Below, piece after piece: positions 30,780-43,569 of a DNA stretch of 64,000 bases. Position numbers and translations under genes: made by a program. The stretch covers positions 9,052,001 through 9,116,000 of the forward strand of contig OZ024748.1 in the NCBI GenBank assembly GCA_964016885.1. Reading direction: 5' to 3'. The stretch's first letter is position 1; every line of letters starts with the position of its first letter. Below the pieces are notes generated by a model. The model was not told the DNA's origin, ran no database searches, and was given only the letters and a program-made list of their open reading frames with translations. The stretch comes from Eledone cirrhosa (Eukaryota).

Positions 30780-31134
30780 TCTCAGCGTAGAGAAAAACGG
30801 TCGAAGACCTGCAGACCTCTCTCTATGTAAAGAATTATCAGACCAGTCTCCAGCAGGCGATAGATTCTCGCAATGATATTGACATAGAAGTGAGTTGTGT
30901 TGTTTGTTTTCTTATTTCTGCTGATTACATTAAATAGAATTCGTTGTTGTCCTCAGCTAAATGATGCCAACCAAACTAAACAACCAATCATTAAAAACTA
31001 ACAACAAAACTAAATAAAAAAAAACCCACAGAGAAACACTAGAAAACAACAGAAATAATCATTACAAACAATGTTTCATGTAAACCTCTACTTACACAAA
31101 CAACATTTTTCTATGTCTAATGTGTTTACCGTTT

Positions 31135-32162
31135 TTATCATCATCATCGTCATCATCGTTGTCGTCGTCGTCGTTGTCGTCATTGTCATCACCACCAGTG
31201 CCATCGTCATCATCGTCATCATTGTCGTCGTCATTGTCATCACCACCAGTGTCATCATCATCATCGTCATTGTCGTCGTCATTGTCATCACCACCAGTGC
31301 CATCGTCATCATCGTCATCGTCGTCGTCATTGTCATCACCACCAGTGCCATCATCATCATTATCATCAATATCGTCATCACCACCATCATTATCGTCATC
31401 ACCACCATCATCATCATCACTATCATCATCGTCATCACCGTCGCCATCACCACCATCATCATCATCACTACCAGCATCATTGTCATCACTGTCGCCATCA
31501 TTGTCATCATCACCGTCGTCATTGTAACCAGCATCAGCATCCTAAAGATCGTCATCCCCACCCTCACAACCATCATCCCCACCCTCACAACCATCATCCC
31601 CACCCTCACAACCATCATCCCCACCCTCACAACCACCACCATCATCCCCACCCTCACAACCACCACCATCATCCCCACCCTCACAACCACCACCATTATC
31701 ATTTATTGAATAATGGATTATAGTTGTTATTGTTGTTGTTACTTTTACTGTTGCTCCTGTTGTTGTTTTATTTGTTATTAGTACTGTTATTGTTGCTCCT
31801 CCCACATCATCACCTCCACCACCACCCCATCACCACCACCACCACCCCATCACTACCACCATCACCACCACCACCACCTCCATCATCATCATCATCACCA
31901 CCACCACCTCCATCATCACCACCACCACCGTCATCACCAACTCCATCATCACCACCTCCATCACCACCACCCCATCACCACCACCACCACCCCATCACCA
32001 CCACCACTGTCATCACCACCACCACCATCACCACCACCACCACCCCATCATCACCACTGTCATCACCACCCCCACCAACAACACCATCACCACCACCTCC
32101 ATCATCACCACCACCATCATCATCATCATCATCATCACCACCACCACCACCACCACCACCAT
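31135..32162. repeat. (CAT/CGT/CAC)n trinucleotide tracts with 21-27 bp higher-order units
   Basis: Direct inspection, e.g. (atcatccccaccctcacaacc)n. Confidence 0.95.
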
Positions 32163-32371
32163 ATATGTCTTCCATATTGTTCTTTCCCCCCACAACATAC
32201 AATATCATTATTCAGTTATGTTTAGTTTGCTATCTTCTTCCTCTTACTACACCTCTTGCTATAGATGATAGAAAAAAATATCATCATCACCACCACCATT
32301 ATTATTACTCTTATTGTTAATGTATTATTCTAACTACTCTCGTAGATATTATAAAAAAAAACTATCATCGC

Positions 32372-32414
<43 letters not shown>

Positions 32415-32744
32415 TTTATTTATGGAGTTTTGTTTTTTTTTGTGTTATATTATTTTGTTGTTTTTTAATGGAGAACAGCTCTCCAGGCTGGGAAGATAGA
32501 AAAGACAATCTGTCTAGTTTTCTGAAATTTGATTTTCTTACAACAGAATGATGTAGAAAGATATTGTTCCACAGTGTTTGACACAGTTGCCATTGCACTC
32601 ACCACCAGCACTGACAGCAGCAACAGCAATAACAACAACAACAACAACTACTGGTCGTTCTGTTTTTTTTTCTCCCCTGCATAGAAACTTCGATCCACTC
32701 TAGGTGACGTTACCTATATGTACATATCAATATACACAAATGTT

Positions 32745-32837
<93 letters not shown>

Positions 32838-32929
32838 ATATGTCTGTTTGTGTGAGTATGTATATATGCATGCATATATGTATACATATATATAGACACT
32901 AACATGAACATATATATTAAAAAAAAAAC

Positions 32930-32962
<33 letters not shown>

Positions 32963-33038
32963 ATAGGTGTGTGCATGTGTATATATATATATATATATAT
33001 AGGTGTGTATATATATATATATATATATAGGTGTGTGC

Positions 33039-33091
<53 letters not shown>

Positions 33092-33143
33092 TGTGTGCGT
33101 GTGTATATATATATATATACATATATATAGATGTGTGCGTGTG

Positions 33144-33188
<45 letters not shown>

Positions 33189-34981
33189 ACACATATATAT
33201 AAAGTTTTTGGCGCCAATTACTGCTTACTGCCGAACGGTTCTCTATTGGAACAGCTTGCTTATTCACTTTGTTCCGTTGTTAACTTCTCATTGCCGAGTA
33301 GAGTTTTCTATTTTAACTGCAATTACAGCCAATCTCACTGCAAAATAGCTGCTAGGCTCTGCTTTTACTTTTACTTACTACATTTTTTCTTCTCTCGGTG
33401 GAAAATGTTGTCTAACGTAAGAGATATACACGTTAAGAGAGAAGTTTTTTTTAACACTTGTATCAGTCTTAGAATGTTGCTGCTATAGAGAAGCTTGACA
33501 ATGTTTTCAAGTAGGAAAATTGAATATGGAAGGTTTTGTATAATGTGTTGATAATTGTAGAATTAAAGGATGTAAGAGTTGATACAAAGAGGAAATTATG
33601 TTACAGTATAATGAGGTTAAGCTGAAATGTTAAGTTGTTTGTATGGGTAAGAAGTAGACAACTTGGTTTAAATAACATCGACCTTACTTGAATCACCACA
33701 CTGATTCCCAAGTTTTAAACAGTTGCTAAATTATATGAGTCAAGAACTGTGTTAAACCTTCTCAATGTTTTCTAATTTAAACTTAATTAAAGAATGCTCG
33801 GTAAATTGCTTCTTTTCTAATTGTCTTAATGAAGTAGATAATGAATACCTTCAAAAACAACGATATACTTGCTGTAGATTTGACCTCAATGAATTCTGCC
33901 ATAGACAGAACTTGGTCATTAGTTTAAGTCAACGATGGCGACCCTTTGTAGCTCAATATCTCAACATTTTAATTTCTTTAACTATTCTATTATTGGAGTG
34001 CCACTTACAGGTATAAATGTATTTTAGGGTTAGTAAATGTTTATATGGAAAAAAATGAAATTGAAATTTCATTTCTCACTGTTAGTACGACTGATACTTA
34101 AATATAAGTATGTATGCGTACATACATATATGTATACAGACGTACAGTAGTATGTATATACATACATACATGTACACATATATATATATATATGTACGTA
34201 TGGGTTTACCGAACATTTATTATCATGTTCAGTTTGTTTGTAAACAAACAGCCCAAATTAAGCCGTACAGTGTTCGGCAACCATCGTTGCCCTTTTGTTC
34301 AACACCGACAAAGGAACGATGAACTAGTTTCTAGCTTCTTAGCTGTCATCAGCACCGTATACCTTCCTGTCAATCGATTGAACGTTTGAAAGTATATACT
34401 TTCCTTATGCATATTAACGGCTGAGTAAATCAAACCAGTATTTTACTTCAAGAGAGGAAAGAATTGCTTGACAGATTTTACGGGCAAACCCAGCCGACAG
34501 GAGAACCAACGACACTACACTAACAAATAAAGTGATGTAGAATGACTTGGAACATTCTTTAATACTAATTCACTCGAGAAAACATTTTATGCTAAATGCC
34601 ACAAATAACAAAGACATCATTAGGGACTTTGAGAAATTTAAATTATGCTTTTGAAATGAAAATATATCTTAATACATTCTTTAATTGTAAAATTTATGCC
34701 CTCTTCCATCCAGTTGGTTAACCAACACTAATACCCTTGAGGAAAATAAAAAAAATGAGCCCTTATGACAAATAAATCTATCCGATACACATACCCGCTT
34801 GAAGTTATGAGAGATAAGACGTAACAACATTCTATTTCTCTCTTTTAGCATCAGACAATTTTTGGCGGTATTCGTTCTGGCTTTCTAAGTTAAAATCCTA
34901 TTGAGGTCATCATTGCCTTTCATCCTTTCGAAGTCGTTAAAAAAAGTACCAGTGGCATAATGAGGCCCATTCTCCCTTTAT

Positions 34982-35405
34982 ATATCTGTCAAAAAGGAAC
35001 GATCGACTTTCGTCAAATCGGACCGAGGGAACAATGTTTCCGTTGGTCTTTCCAATTGCTTATACTATCTATCGGTCGCAACTCCAGGTAGAAGGAGCAA
35101 CGTGAAATAAAGTGTCTTGCTCAAGGACATAACGCATCACCTGGTCCAGGAATCGAACTCACAACCTTACGATTGCGTGTGGCTGAGTGGTTAGAGAATT
35201 GGATTCGCAATCGTAAGGTTGTGAGTTCGATTCCTGGACCAGGCGATGCGTTATGTCCTTGAGCAAGACACTTTATTTCACGTTGCTCCTTCTACCTGGA
35301 GTTGCAACCGATAGATAGTATTACCAATTGGAAGGACCAACGGAAACATTGTTCCCTCGGTCCGATTTGACGAAAGTCGATCGTTCCCTAAAAAATATCT
35401 GTCAA
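34982..35405. mobile_element. Head-to-head palindromic SINE dimer (family B) with 11-bp target-site duplication
   Basis: Arms 34996-35177 / 35206-35387. The 28-nt loop holds the A box (tggctgagtgg), and the B box is gagttcgattcc. Direct repeat atatctgtcaa at 34982-34992 and 35395-35405. Confidence 0.88.
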
Positions 35406-35800
35406 TTACTCTCTATCACTTGCTCTCCCAACTTCCGGGGAAGAGATCAGCTGTCTTCAGACATGGAGAGGAGATGGGCTTCACCAGGTTTAAAAGGCCC
35501 AAGAAATGCCGTACGTCACTACGTGACTCCTCAATACCACCAGGAGTTAGGGCTACATACAAATTAAAGAAGTCAATGTAGTTAATTATAAGAAACTAAT
35601 TTATACTCAAACATACATTTTAACTATTTAGCCTCGTCTACTAGTGTTTCTTTCTGTCAGTTGTATGGTGTATATATCTATAGGATATATGGGGGGTAGG
35701 GGTAGGATGGGGACATAAGGTATGTGAGAGAGAGAGGGATGATATATTGTTGCTTGCCTCTTGCAATTAAGGAAATGGATATTGGAGAGTATAATGAGTG

Positions 35801-35872
<72 letters not shown>

Positions 35873-35902
35873 AGATCAAAAGATGGTTAAAGGAGTTCCA
35901 TA

Positions 35903-35973
35903 TATTTTATTATGCGCATTTCAAAAACAAACATCATCAAACAATAATATTTGCGTTTTCATCAGATAAAACA
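35903..35973 (-). ncRNA. Type I hammerhead ribozyme motif (inverted arm of PLE 1)
   Basis: Reverse complement of 39458-39528. Confidence 0.85.
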
Positions 35974-36589
35974 GGAGAACATGATATGAAGGCTAAAAAA
36001 CACTTGTTGATAGTGCAGTTTTAAATCAACATATGAAAAGTGGTTTTAGATTGATGTGTGATATTGGGAAAAATATTTTATTTAGAGAGGGGGGGGAGAA
36101 AAGGATGAAAAGGGAAGGAGATAAGAGGGAGAGATGGGTGATAGAGAGAAAGAGATAGTTTTTATAACTGAGAGGAGATATATTTTATATAGAGGGGTTG
36201 AAAACCGTTGGAAGATACTGTATAAATTAAAAATTTTGAAAATTAACGAAGGGAGGATATGTGCGAGGAAAAAATATTTTATTTAGGGAGGGGGGGGGGG
36301 TTGGAAACGATGAAAGAAAGGGGAGGAGATGAGAGTGAAGGTGGAAAGGGAGAGATGGGTGATAGAGAGAAAGAGATAGTTTTTATAACTGAGAAAAAGA
36401 TATAATGTTTTAATATAGAGAGGTTGGGAACCGTTGGAAGATAATGTATAAATTAAAGGAATTTGAAAATTAACGAAGGGAAATTATGTATGAAGATAGA
36501 GAGAAAAAAATAATAATTGTGGGTGAATATTCTAACGTCAATTTCAAAATTAGCAAAGAGAAAAAAAGGTTTATGTGTAGAAGGATTTG

Positions 36590-36713
36590 AGAATATTTAA
36601 GTGCGAAAGATAGAGCATTATTGAGAAGTGAAGGCGAAATGGAGGAATAGTAGCTGGCAATATCGAATTGAATAAATTTTAGTTTGTTTTTATTATCCAA
36701 TTTGTTGAACCAG
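36590..36713 (-). pseudogene. Inverted fragment of PLE 1 ORF carrying RT motif A
   Basis: The minus strand encodes WFNKLDNKNKLKFIQFDIASYYSSISPSLLNNALSFALKYS, which aligns to WFKNIRCKSSASFLQFDIDNYYSSISPILLNKALIFAKNRS of PLE 2 and continues at LKYS on the + strand. Confidence 0.92.
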
Positions 36714-36722
36714 CTACTATTC

Positions 36723-38276
36723 CTTAAATATTCTGACATCACCACAGATGAACTTCACATCATCCTCACCGCACGTAAAACCATCCTAGAGTTCAACAAC
36801 GAATATTGGACCAGAGCCGATACCTCTAACAACTTCGACATCACAATGGGAGCATCCGATTCATCCCAATTGACTGATTTAATTGGTATCTTCATTTTGA
36901 ACTCTTTGAGTCGGAAAATTCCTCAACTTCGCGGTGGAATTTATTGTGACGATGGACTCTTTACTATCCTAAATTGCAATATAGTTAAACTTAATATTAT
37001 TAAGAACAATATACGTAATCTCTTTAACCAACATAACCTAAAAATTGAATTTGATAATAGTATCAAACTAGCTAATTTCTTGGATGTATCTCTTAATCTT
37101 GACACTGGCCTATATTACCCTTACCATAAAAACAATGAGAATCTTAATTATGTTAACTTTAAATCTAACCATCCTACCAATATCAAGAATGCTATAGTTA
37201 ATAATATTGGAAATAGAATATCTAACATATCTTCTAATAAAAACATCTTTGATGCTAACGCCAATTACTATAATAACGCACTTTCTAAAGCCGGCTATCC
37301 AGATAAAATCAAATATAATAAAGAAACAAATTCTAGGAAAACTTACAGTAGAATATTTAATCATAACCATTCCAATAATTTTAATAAAAGACCTAGATAC
37401 AAAAACATAATCTGGTATAATGCTCCTTTCTCCATCTCTATTAATAACAATATTCCTAAATTATTTTTTAGTGCCTTAAATAAATGCTTCCCTCCCTCAC
37501 ATATCTATAGTAAAATATTTAACAAACACACCATCAAATTTTCGTATTCTACATCCTCCAATATTTCCAACATCATCTCTAAACACAACAACAAAATATT
37601 AAATACTAAATCTCTTCCTTCCAATATTGAATTTCATAATAACAGTAATAGTACTCCTGACGTCATTGTAAACCCTAGGCTAACTTCTGTAAACCCAAAT
37701 GCAACGTCAAACACAACTTCGCTAAATGTTCATAATCCAACTCTAAATCAAGAAACTATTATTCCTATTATTCCTATCGCAAACAACTTCTCCAATCCAA
37801 TTCCTTCTATAGATAACACTAGATCACTCATTAATAATCTCTCTAATTGCAACTGCCGCATTAAAAATAAATGTCCTCTCAACAACCATTGCCTCGATAA
37901 AAACTTAATTTATGAATGTAAAATTATAACTAGCACCAATTCCTTCACCTATTTTGGCTCCACTTCCACCTCTTTTAAAGCTCGTCTCTATAATCATCAT
38001 TCATCTTTCAAATACAAACTTAAAAGAACTAACACTGCTCTCTCAGAACTCATATGGTCCTTAAAAGACAAAAACATTAAATATAACATCTTTTGGAAAA
38101 AGATTTCTTCTGCATCCTCATACTTGAACAGCTCTCTATCTAAAATCTGTAATCTCTGCCTAAATGAAAAATTTACCATTATCTCTAACCTAGAATCCAT
38201 AATAAATAGACGCTCAGATTTGTTTTCTATCTGCCTGCATAAATTCCAGAGAACTTTTCACAAAGTATACAGTTAA
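36723..38276 (+). CDS. PLE reverse transcriptase (partial) - GIY-YIG endonuclease; open frame, N-terminus lost
   Basis: ITMGASDSSQLTDLIG, GGIYCDD, NFLDVSL, PYHK...SNHP, CNCRIKNKCPLNNHC, NLIYECK...TYFGSTSTSFKARL, CNLCLNEK. The TTG start at 36684 is a junction artefact. Confidence 0.9.
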   Translation, partial: LKYSDITTDELHIILTARKTILEFNNEYWTRADTSNNFDITMGASDSSQLTDLIGIFILNSLSRKIPQLRGGIYCDDGLFTILNCNIVKLNIIKNNIRNLFNQHNLKIEFDNSIKLANFLDVSLNLDTGLYYPYHKNNENLNYVNFKSNHPTNIKNAIVNNIGNRISNISSNKNIFDANANYYNNALSKAGYPDKIKYNKETNSRKTYSRIFNHNHSNNFNKRPRYKNIIWYNAPFSISINNNIPKLFFSALNKCFPPSHIYSKIFNKHTIKFSYSTSSNISNIISKHNNKILNTKSLPSNIEFHNNSNSTPDVIVNPRLTSVNPNATSNTTSLNVHNPTLNQETIIPIIPIANNFSNPIPSIDNTRSLINNLSNCNCRIKNKCPLNNHCLDKNLIYECKIITSTNSFTYFGSTSTSFKARLYNHHSSFKYKLKRTNTALSELIWSLKDKNIKYNIFWKKISSASSYLNSSLSKICNLCLNEKFTIISNLESIINRRSDLFSICLHKFQRTFHKVYS

Positions 38277-38332
38277 TATTCAATTCTTTATCAATTTAGA
38301 ATCTTTTCTCAAAGGCACATATACATACACCT

Positions 38333-38768
38333 CTTTAAAATATACCCATCTACCTTACTTTAAAGGGCATTATACACTCTATAATACTCGTTTACTCATT
38401 ACCCTCATTCTATCTTCTCGTAAAACAATAACATTTGTTTTTGACACTTTGAATATTCATCCGCAATCATTATTATTTTTTTTTCTCTCTATCATAAATC
38501 TTTTTAATCTCAATTTCATCCTTAATTTATTATTATATTTTTTTTTAATATATACTCATATATTCTTTAAAATATACCCATCTACCTTACTTTAAAGGGC
38601 ATTATACACTCTATAATACTCGTTTACTCATTACCCTCATTCTATCTTCTCGTAAAACAATAACATTTGTTTTTGACATTTTGAGTATTCATCCGCAATC
38701 ATTATTATTTTCTCTCTATCATAAATCTTTTTAATCTCAATTTCATCCTTAATTTATTATTATTTTTT
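38333..38768. repeat. ~233-bp tandem duplication in PLE 1 3' UTR
   Basis: ctttaaaatatacccatctaccttactttaaagggcattatacactc... at ~38333 and ~38565, nearly identical. Confidence 0.92.
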
Positions 38769-38949
38769 TCTCCCTATCAACGAACTCATTATTAATACAT
38801 ATGAATTCAATATACAAACTTTAACTTCACATTATTTTTCTCAAATCCTTCTACACATAAACCTTTTTTTCTCTTTGCTAATTTTGAAATTGACGTTAGA
38901 ATATTCACCCACAATTATTATTTTTTTCTCTCTATCTTCATACATAATT

Positions 38950-39362
38950 TCCCTTCGTTAATTTTCAAATTCCTTTAATTTATACATTATCTTCCAACGG
39001 TTCCCAACCTCTCTATATTAAAACATTATATCTTTTTCTCAGTTATAAAAACTATCTCTTTCTCTCTATCACCCATCTCTCCCTTTCCACCTTCACTCTC
39101 ATCTCCTCCCCTTTCTTTCATCGTTTCCAACCCCCCCCTCCCTAAATAAAATATTTTTTCCTCGCACATATCCTCCCTTCGTTAATTTTCAAAATTTTTA
39201 ATTTATACAGTATCTTCCAACGGTTTTCAACCCCTCTATATAAAATATATCTCCTCTCAGTTATAAAAACTATCTCTTTCTCTCTATCACCCATCTCTCC
39301 CTCTCATCTCCTTCCCTTTTCATCCTTTTCTCCCCCCCCCCCTCTCTAAATAAAATATTTTT
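38950..39362. repeat. Diverged ~225-bp tandem duplication inside the PLE 1 arm
   Basis: cccttcgttaattttcaaa...tcttccaacggtt...ctcagttataaaaactatctctttctctctatcacccatctctccc occurs twice and is mirrored at ~36070-36480. Confidence 0.85.
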
Positions 39363-39457
39363 CCCAATATCACACATCAATCTAAAACCACTTTTCATAT
39401 GTTGATTTAAAACTGCACTATCAACAAGTGTTTTTTAGCCTTCATATCATGTTCTCC

Positions 39458-39528
39458 TGTTTTATCTGATGAAAACGCAAATATTATTGTTTGATGATGT
39501 TTGTTTTTGAAATGCGCATAATAAAATA
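39458..39528 (+). ncRNA. Type I hammerhead ribozyme motif (PLE 1 pseudo-LTR)
   Basis: tgttttat-CTGATGA-[aaacgcaaatattatt gttt gatgatgtttgttttt]-GAAA-tgcgca-TA-ataaaata. Full core and palindromic stem III. Predicted cleavage after 39520. Confidence 0.87.
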
Positions 39529-39649
39529 TATGGAACTCCTTTAACCATCTTTTGATCTTATATTATGCATACTCCAGTCCCACAAACTGTAGAGTGCTTC
39601 TTATCCGATATCTGCATTGCTTTATTGTACTACAATAAAACTCACCTCC

Positions 39650-39718
<69 letters not shown>

Positions 39719-40529
39719 CCCGTGTCTTCTATGTATATGAAGCGTTAATTGTATAAACAATAATTTCCTCATTATAACGTGTATATAACGTGTATATAAG
39801 GTGTATATAACGTGTATATATGTGTATAGATGATGGAAAAGAGAAGTGGAAACGTAAAGAAAGATGATAGGAAGAACTAGTTATGAGATAATATGAAATA
39901 AAACTTAAATATTTAAAGAAATATTTTAGCAACGAAACAAAGAGAAATAAGACTTATTCTAACGAGACAAAGAGATGGTAATATATATATGGAAAACAGA
40001 AAATATATTTTAATAAGGAAATTTGAAATAATGAGAACTAAGAAAAATATAACGAAATATAGTGTGACATGAAGATTAAAAGAGACCAATTCTAAGAAGA
40101 TACAAATGGAAAAACTTGCATTTAATGGTTTCTCTAAATATATATAGATATATTCTGCTGCTAAGAATTACTTGTAATATGTGGTAAGGATTATTTGATG
40201 TTACATAAGTTAGAATAGCGATGTTTTCAAGGGAAATAATAGAATTATAAAGAATACTCACTTATGAATTCCTAATAATTTTCGGAAACTTTCTATTTGG
40301 CAGCTGCTCTAAGAAAAACATTGTGAATTAATAAATATCGAGAAATTAGCAACGAACTCTTGTTTCTGTTAGCTGTCTACTCTTTGATAATATTTGTATT
40401 GAAAAGAGGATAATTTATTAATCAATTAGTTAATAAGATGAAGATGGTAGCGGTGGTGGGGTTGGTATCACATGTTCCTGTTCTCAGATCAGCTTAATGC
40501 AGCTGAGAATTAGTTTCAAATACATCATA

Positions 40530-40820
40530 TGAAATCATGAGGTTGTGAGTTCGATTCTCAGACCGGTTGATGTACCGTGTCCTTGAGCAAGACACTTTAT
40601 TTCATGTTGCCCCAGTTTACTCAGCTGTAGAAATGAGTTGTGATGACACTGGTGTCAAGCTGTATCGGTCATTGCCTTTCCCCTGGACAACATCTGTGTT
40701 GTGGAGAGGAGAGACTGGTATACATGGAACACTGCTGGTCTTCCACAAACAAACTTGCCCCCCGGAATTGTGCCAGGTTCAAATCACAAGGTCATTCGTG
40801 ACCGAAGGGAATCTTTACAC
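40530..40820 (+). mobile_element. tRNA-derived SINE, family B (CORE-like)
   Basis: gaggttgtgagttcgattctc...gtgtccttgagcaagacactttatttcatgttgc, homologous to 35215-35290. Confidence 0.75.
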
Positions 40821-41238
40821 TTACATAGACAAGAATAGGCTAGGACCTAGGTGTTTTTGTGTAGATGATCATTTGCATATAGTGAGCATTTGACTGGTGA
40901 AATAGTAAAAAACATTAGCAGGAACATTGTTAACATTTAACATAGTCTCACCATGAAAGAGAAGTGGAGGGGTTGAGCAAGAAAACAATTCAAGTGAAGG
41001 TTCAATTCTGACAATAATACTCGCCATTGGCGGTAGAAGGGAAGTAGGAAAATTGGTACGGCCGTGTGAGTGTGTGTGTAGAGAGAGAGAGAGAGGGAGA
41101 AAGAGAGAGAGATAGAGAGAGAGAAAGAGTGAGAGAGCGAGAGAGAGAGATATGTATATAAATATAGATGTATAGGAAGATAGATGTATATATGTATAGA
41201 TGTATATATAGATAGATAGATGTATATATAGGTAGATA

Positions 41239-41361
<123 letters not shown>

Positions 41362-41460
41362 GTATATATGTATAGATATATATATAGAGAGATAGATGTA
41401 TATATGTATATAGATATATAGATATATAGATATATATATAGATATATATATAGATATATA

Positions 41461-41592
41461 TAACGAAGGAAATGTGGAACCAGGTGGACCATAACGCACC
41501 AAAGTACTCAATACTTAGGGTAGTAGAGTCCAGAACTAGCCGTCGAAACGGCTTGAGCTCAGCCGTCGGGGTTTTACCCACTCTACTACCCT

Positions 41593-41593
<1 letters not shown>
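41461..41593 (-). mobile_element. Short inverted PLE-terminus element, family H2
   Basis: Minus-strand tail 41461-41529 is joined to plus-strand ccagaactagccgtcGAAAcggcttgagctcagccgTCgggg. 14-bp IR at 41516-41529 / 41580-41593. TA-rich flanks. Homologous to 61979-62170. Confidence 0.78.
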
Positions 41594-41651
<58 letters not shown>

Positions 41652-42030
41652 TATAGATATATATAGATATATAGATAGATATATAGATAGAGATATATAG
41701 ATATATATATATATAGATATATATATAGAGAGATATATATATATATATATATAGATATATATATATATAGATATATATATATATATATATATATAGATAC
41801 ATATATAGATATATATATATATATATATATATAGATATATATGTAGATAAATCTACCAAGAGTTTACGGTAGTGTCCAATCCGTATGAAGAACTCAATGT
41901 ATTCCGGATATCATGGAAAGAAGAGATGTAATGAAAATCCACTTTCGGTGAAAGATAAACGGTATACAGAGTCAAGATAAAATATTAAACAAATAATGAA
42001 CAAACAATTCCTTATATTAAACAAAAAAAG

Positions 42031-42185
42031 TTCACTATTTAACGATCGTTTCTAGGGCATATATGTGTTATAATTGGTATGCATATTTAACAGATCTATG
42101 TACAAAATTATACAAAATTATACAAATTATCAAGATTAAATATACATACCTAACTCATATATACGCCGTCTTCAGAAATAATGAA
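42031..42185 (-). ncRNA. Hammerhead ribozyme motif (inverted arm of PLE 2)
   Basis: Reverse complement of 49435-49589. Confidence 0.72.
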
Positions 42186-42954
42186 GTATATTTATTGATA
42201 ATAACAACAATTCAAAATGTCAGTTCAAAATTGACCAATGAAAACACAAAGGGTAAAAAGCAGTTTGGTGTGTGTATATACATGCAAAAACCTTACACAT
42301 ATTTTACAATAATGTGTGTATATAATTTGTATGTGTATACTAAAAAGATGGATGTAAACACAAAATTTCAAGGTTAATATCTCTGTAAGCTTAATGCGCT
42401 GATAAGATACGCAAAGATACTTATGGAGTCAAGCATATAAATATATTTTTTTCATACTCACACATATCAGTATAATCACACATACATGTGCGTATATGCA
42501 TAAATATACACATAACCACGAACATACAAACACACACACTCCCCCACTCACATTTATATATGTGGATATAAAATCATAAGCAAATAGAAATTAAGTCACT
42601 CACATAAAAACACTGGTACACACATTTCAAGATCAAGATACAGAAATTAGGTGGGAGGGGGGGGGAGGGGTCAGTATTAGATTGTCAGACCAGACAGCCT
42701 AAAATAAATGTATCTATAAATTAAGAAAAATAAAAAAATAATAAAAATAAAAACAATAAAATATAATAAATGTACATACACATACAGATATACATACACA
42801 TACATACATGTACGCGCACATAGAGATATCTACACATACATACATACACACATACCTATACTGTCATACACACACATACATTTACACGAACATACACATA
42901 CACATATAAAAAGATATAAATACACACACACTCACACGCAACACATACACACAT

Positions 42955-42995
<41 letters not shown>

Positions 42996-43111
42996 TATAC
43001 ACACACACATAGACTCATATATATATATATATATACACATATACATATATATATACAAACATATATATCCCCACACTCATACCACCATAAATATACATAC
43101 AAACACCCACA

Positions 43112-43142
<31 letters not shown>

Positions 43143-43361
43143 CCACATACACACACGTACACATATATATATATATATATACACATATATACACATACAC
43201 ATATATATATACACACACATAAAAAACAGACATGCACATATATACACACACATATATATATATATTTCATTACCCTTATATATACACATAGTATATATAC
43301 ATACACAACCTCACTTATACACATATACACATAAGTTATATTACAATAATAATAAAGAATA

Positions 43362-43392
<31 letters not shown>

Positions 43393-43529
43393 TACACACA
43401 TATACATATATACATATACATATATATATACACACACATACATACACATACATACATACACCTAAACATATACATACATAAAAACACACATACGAATAAA
43501 GACATATATTCACACATAGATACCCATAT

Positions 43530-43569
<40 letters not shown>

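Larger units (their letters stand above)
35865..39654 (+). mobile_element. Penelope-like retroelement 1, 5'-truncated, with ~730-bp inverted terminal arms
   Basis: RT plus GIY-YIG ORF. 35865-36593 is the reverse complement of 38838-39566. Hammerhead in both arms, tail 39567-39654, (TA)n on both flanks. Confidence 0.95.

Noticed and set aside
35178-35240. Functional tRNA gene (also 14445-14515, 51564-51630, 61220-61280)
   Set aside because: A and B boxes are present, but there is no complete cloverleaf and each is embedded in a SINE or MITE body.
36684-36722. TTG start and N-terminus MFLLSNLLNQLLF of the 530-aa ORF
   Set aside because: This is antisense read-through of the inverted RT fragment and junction, not a real N-terminus.
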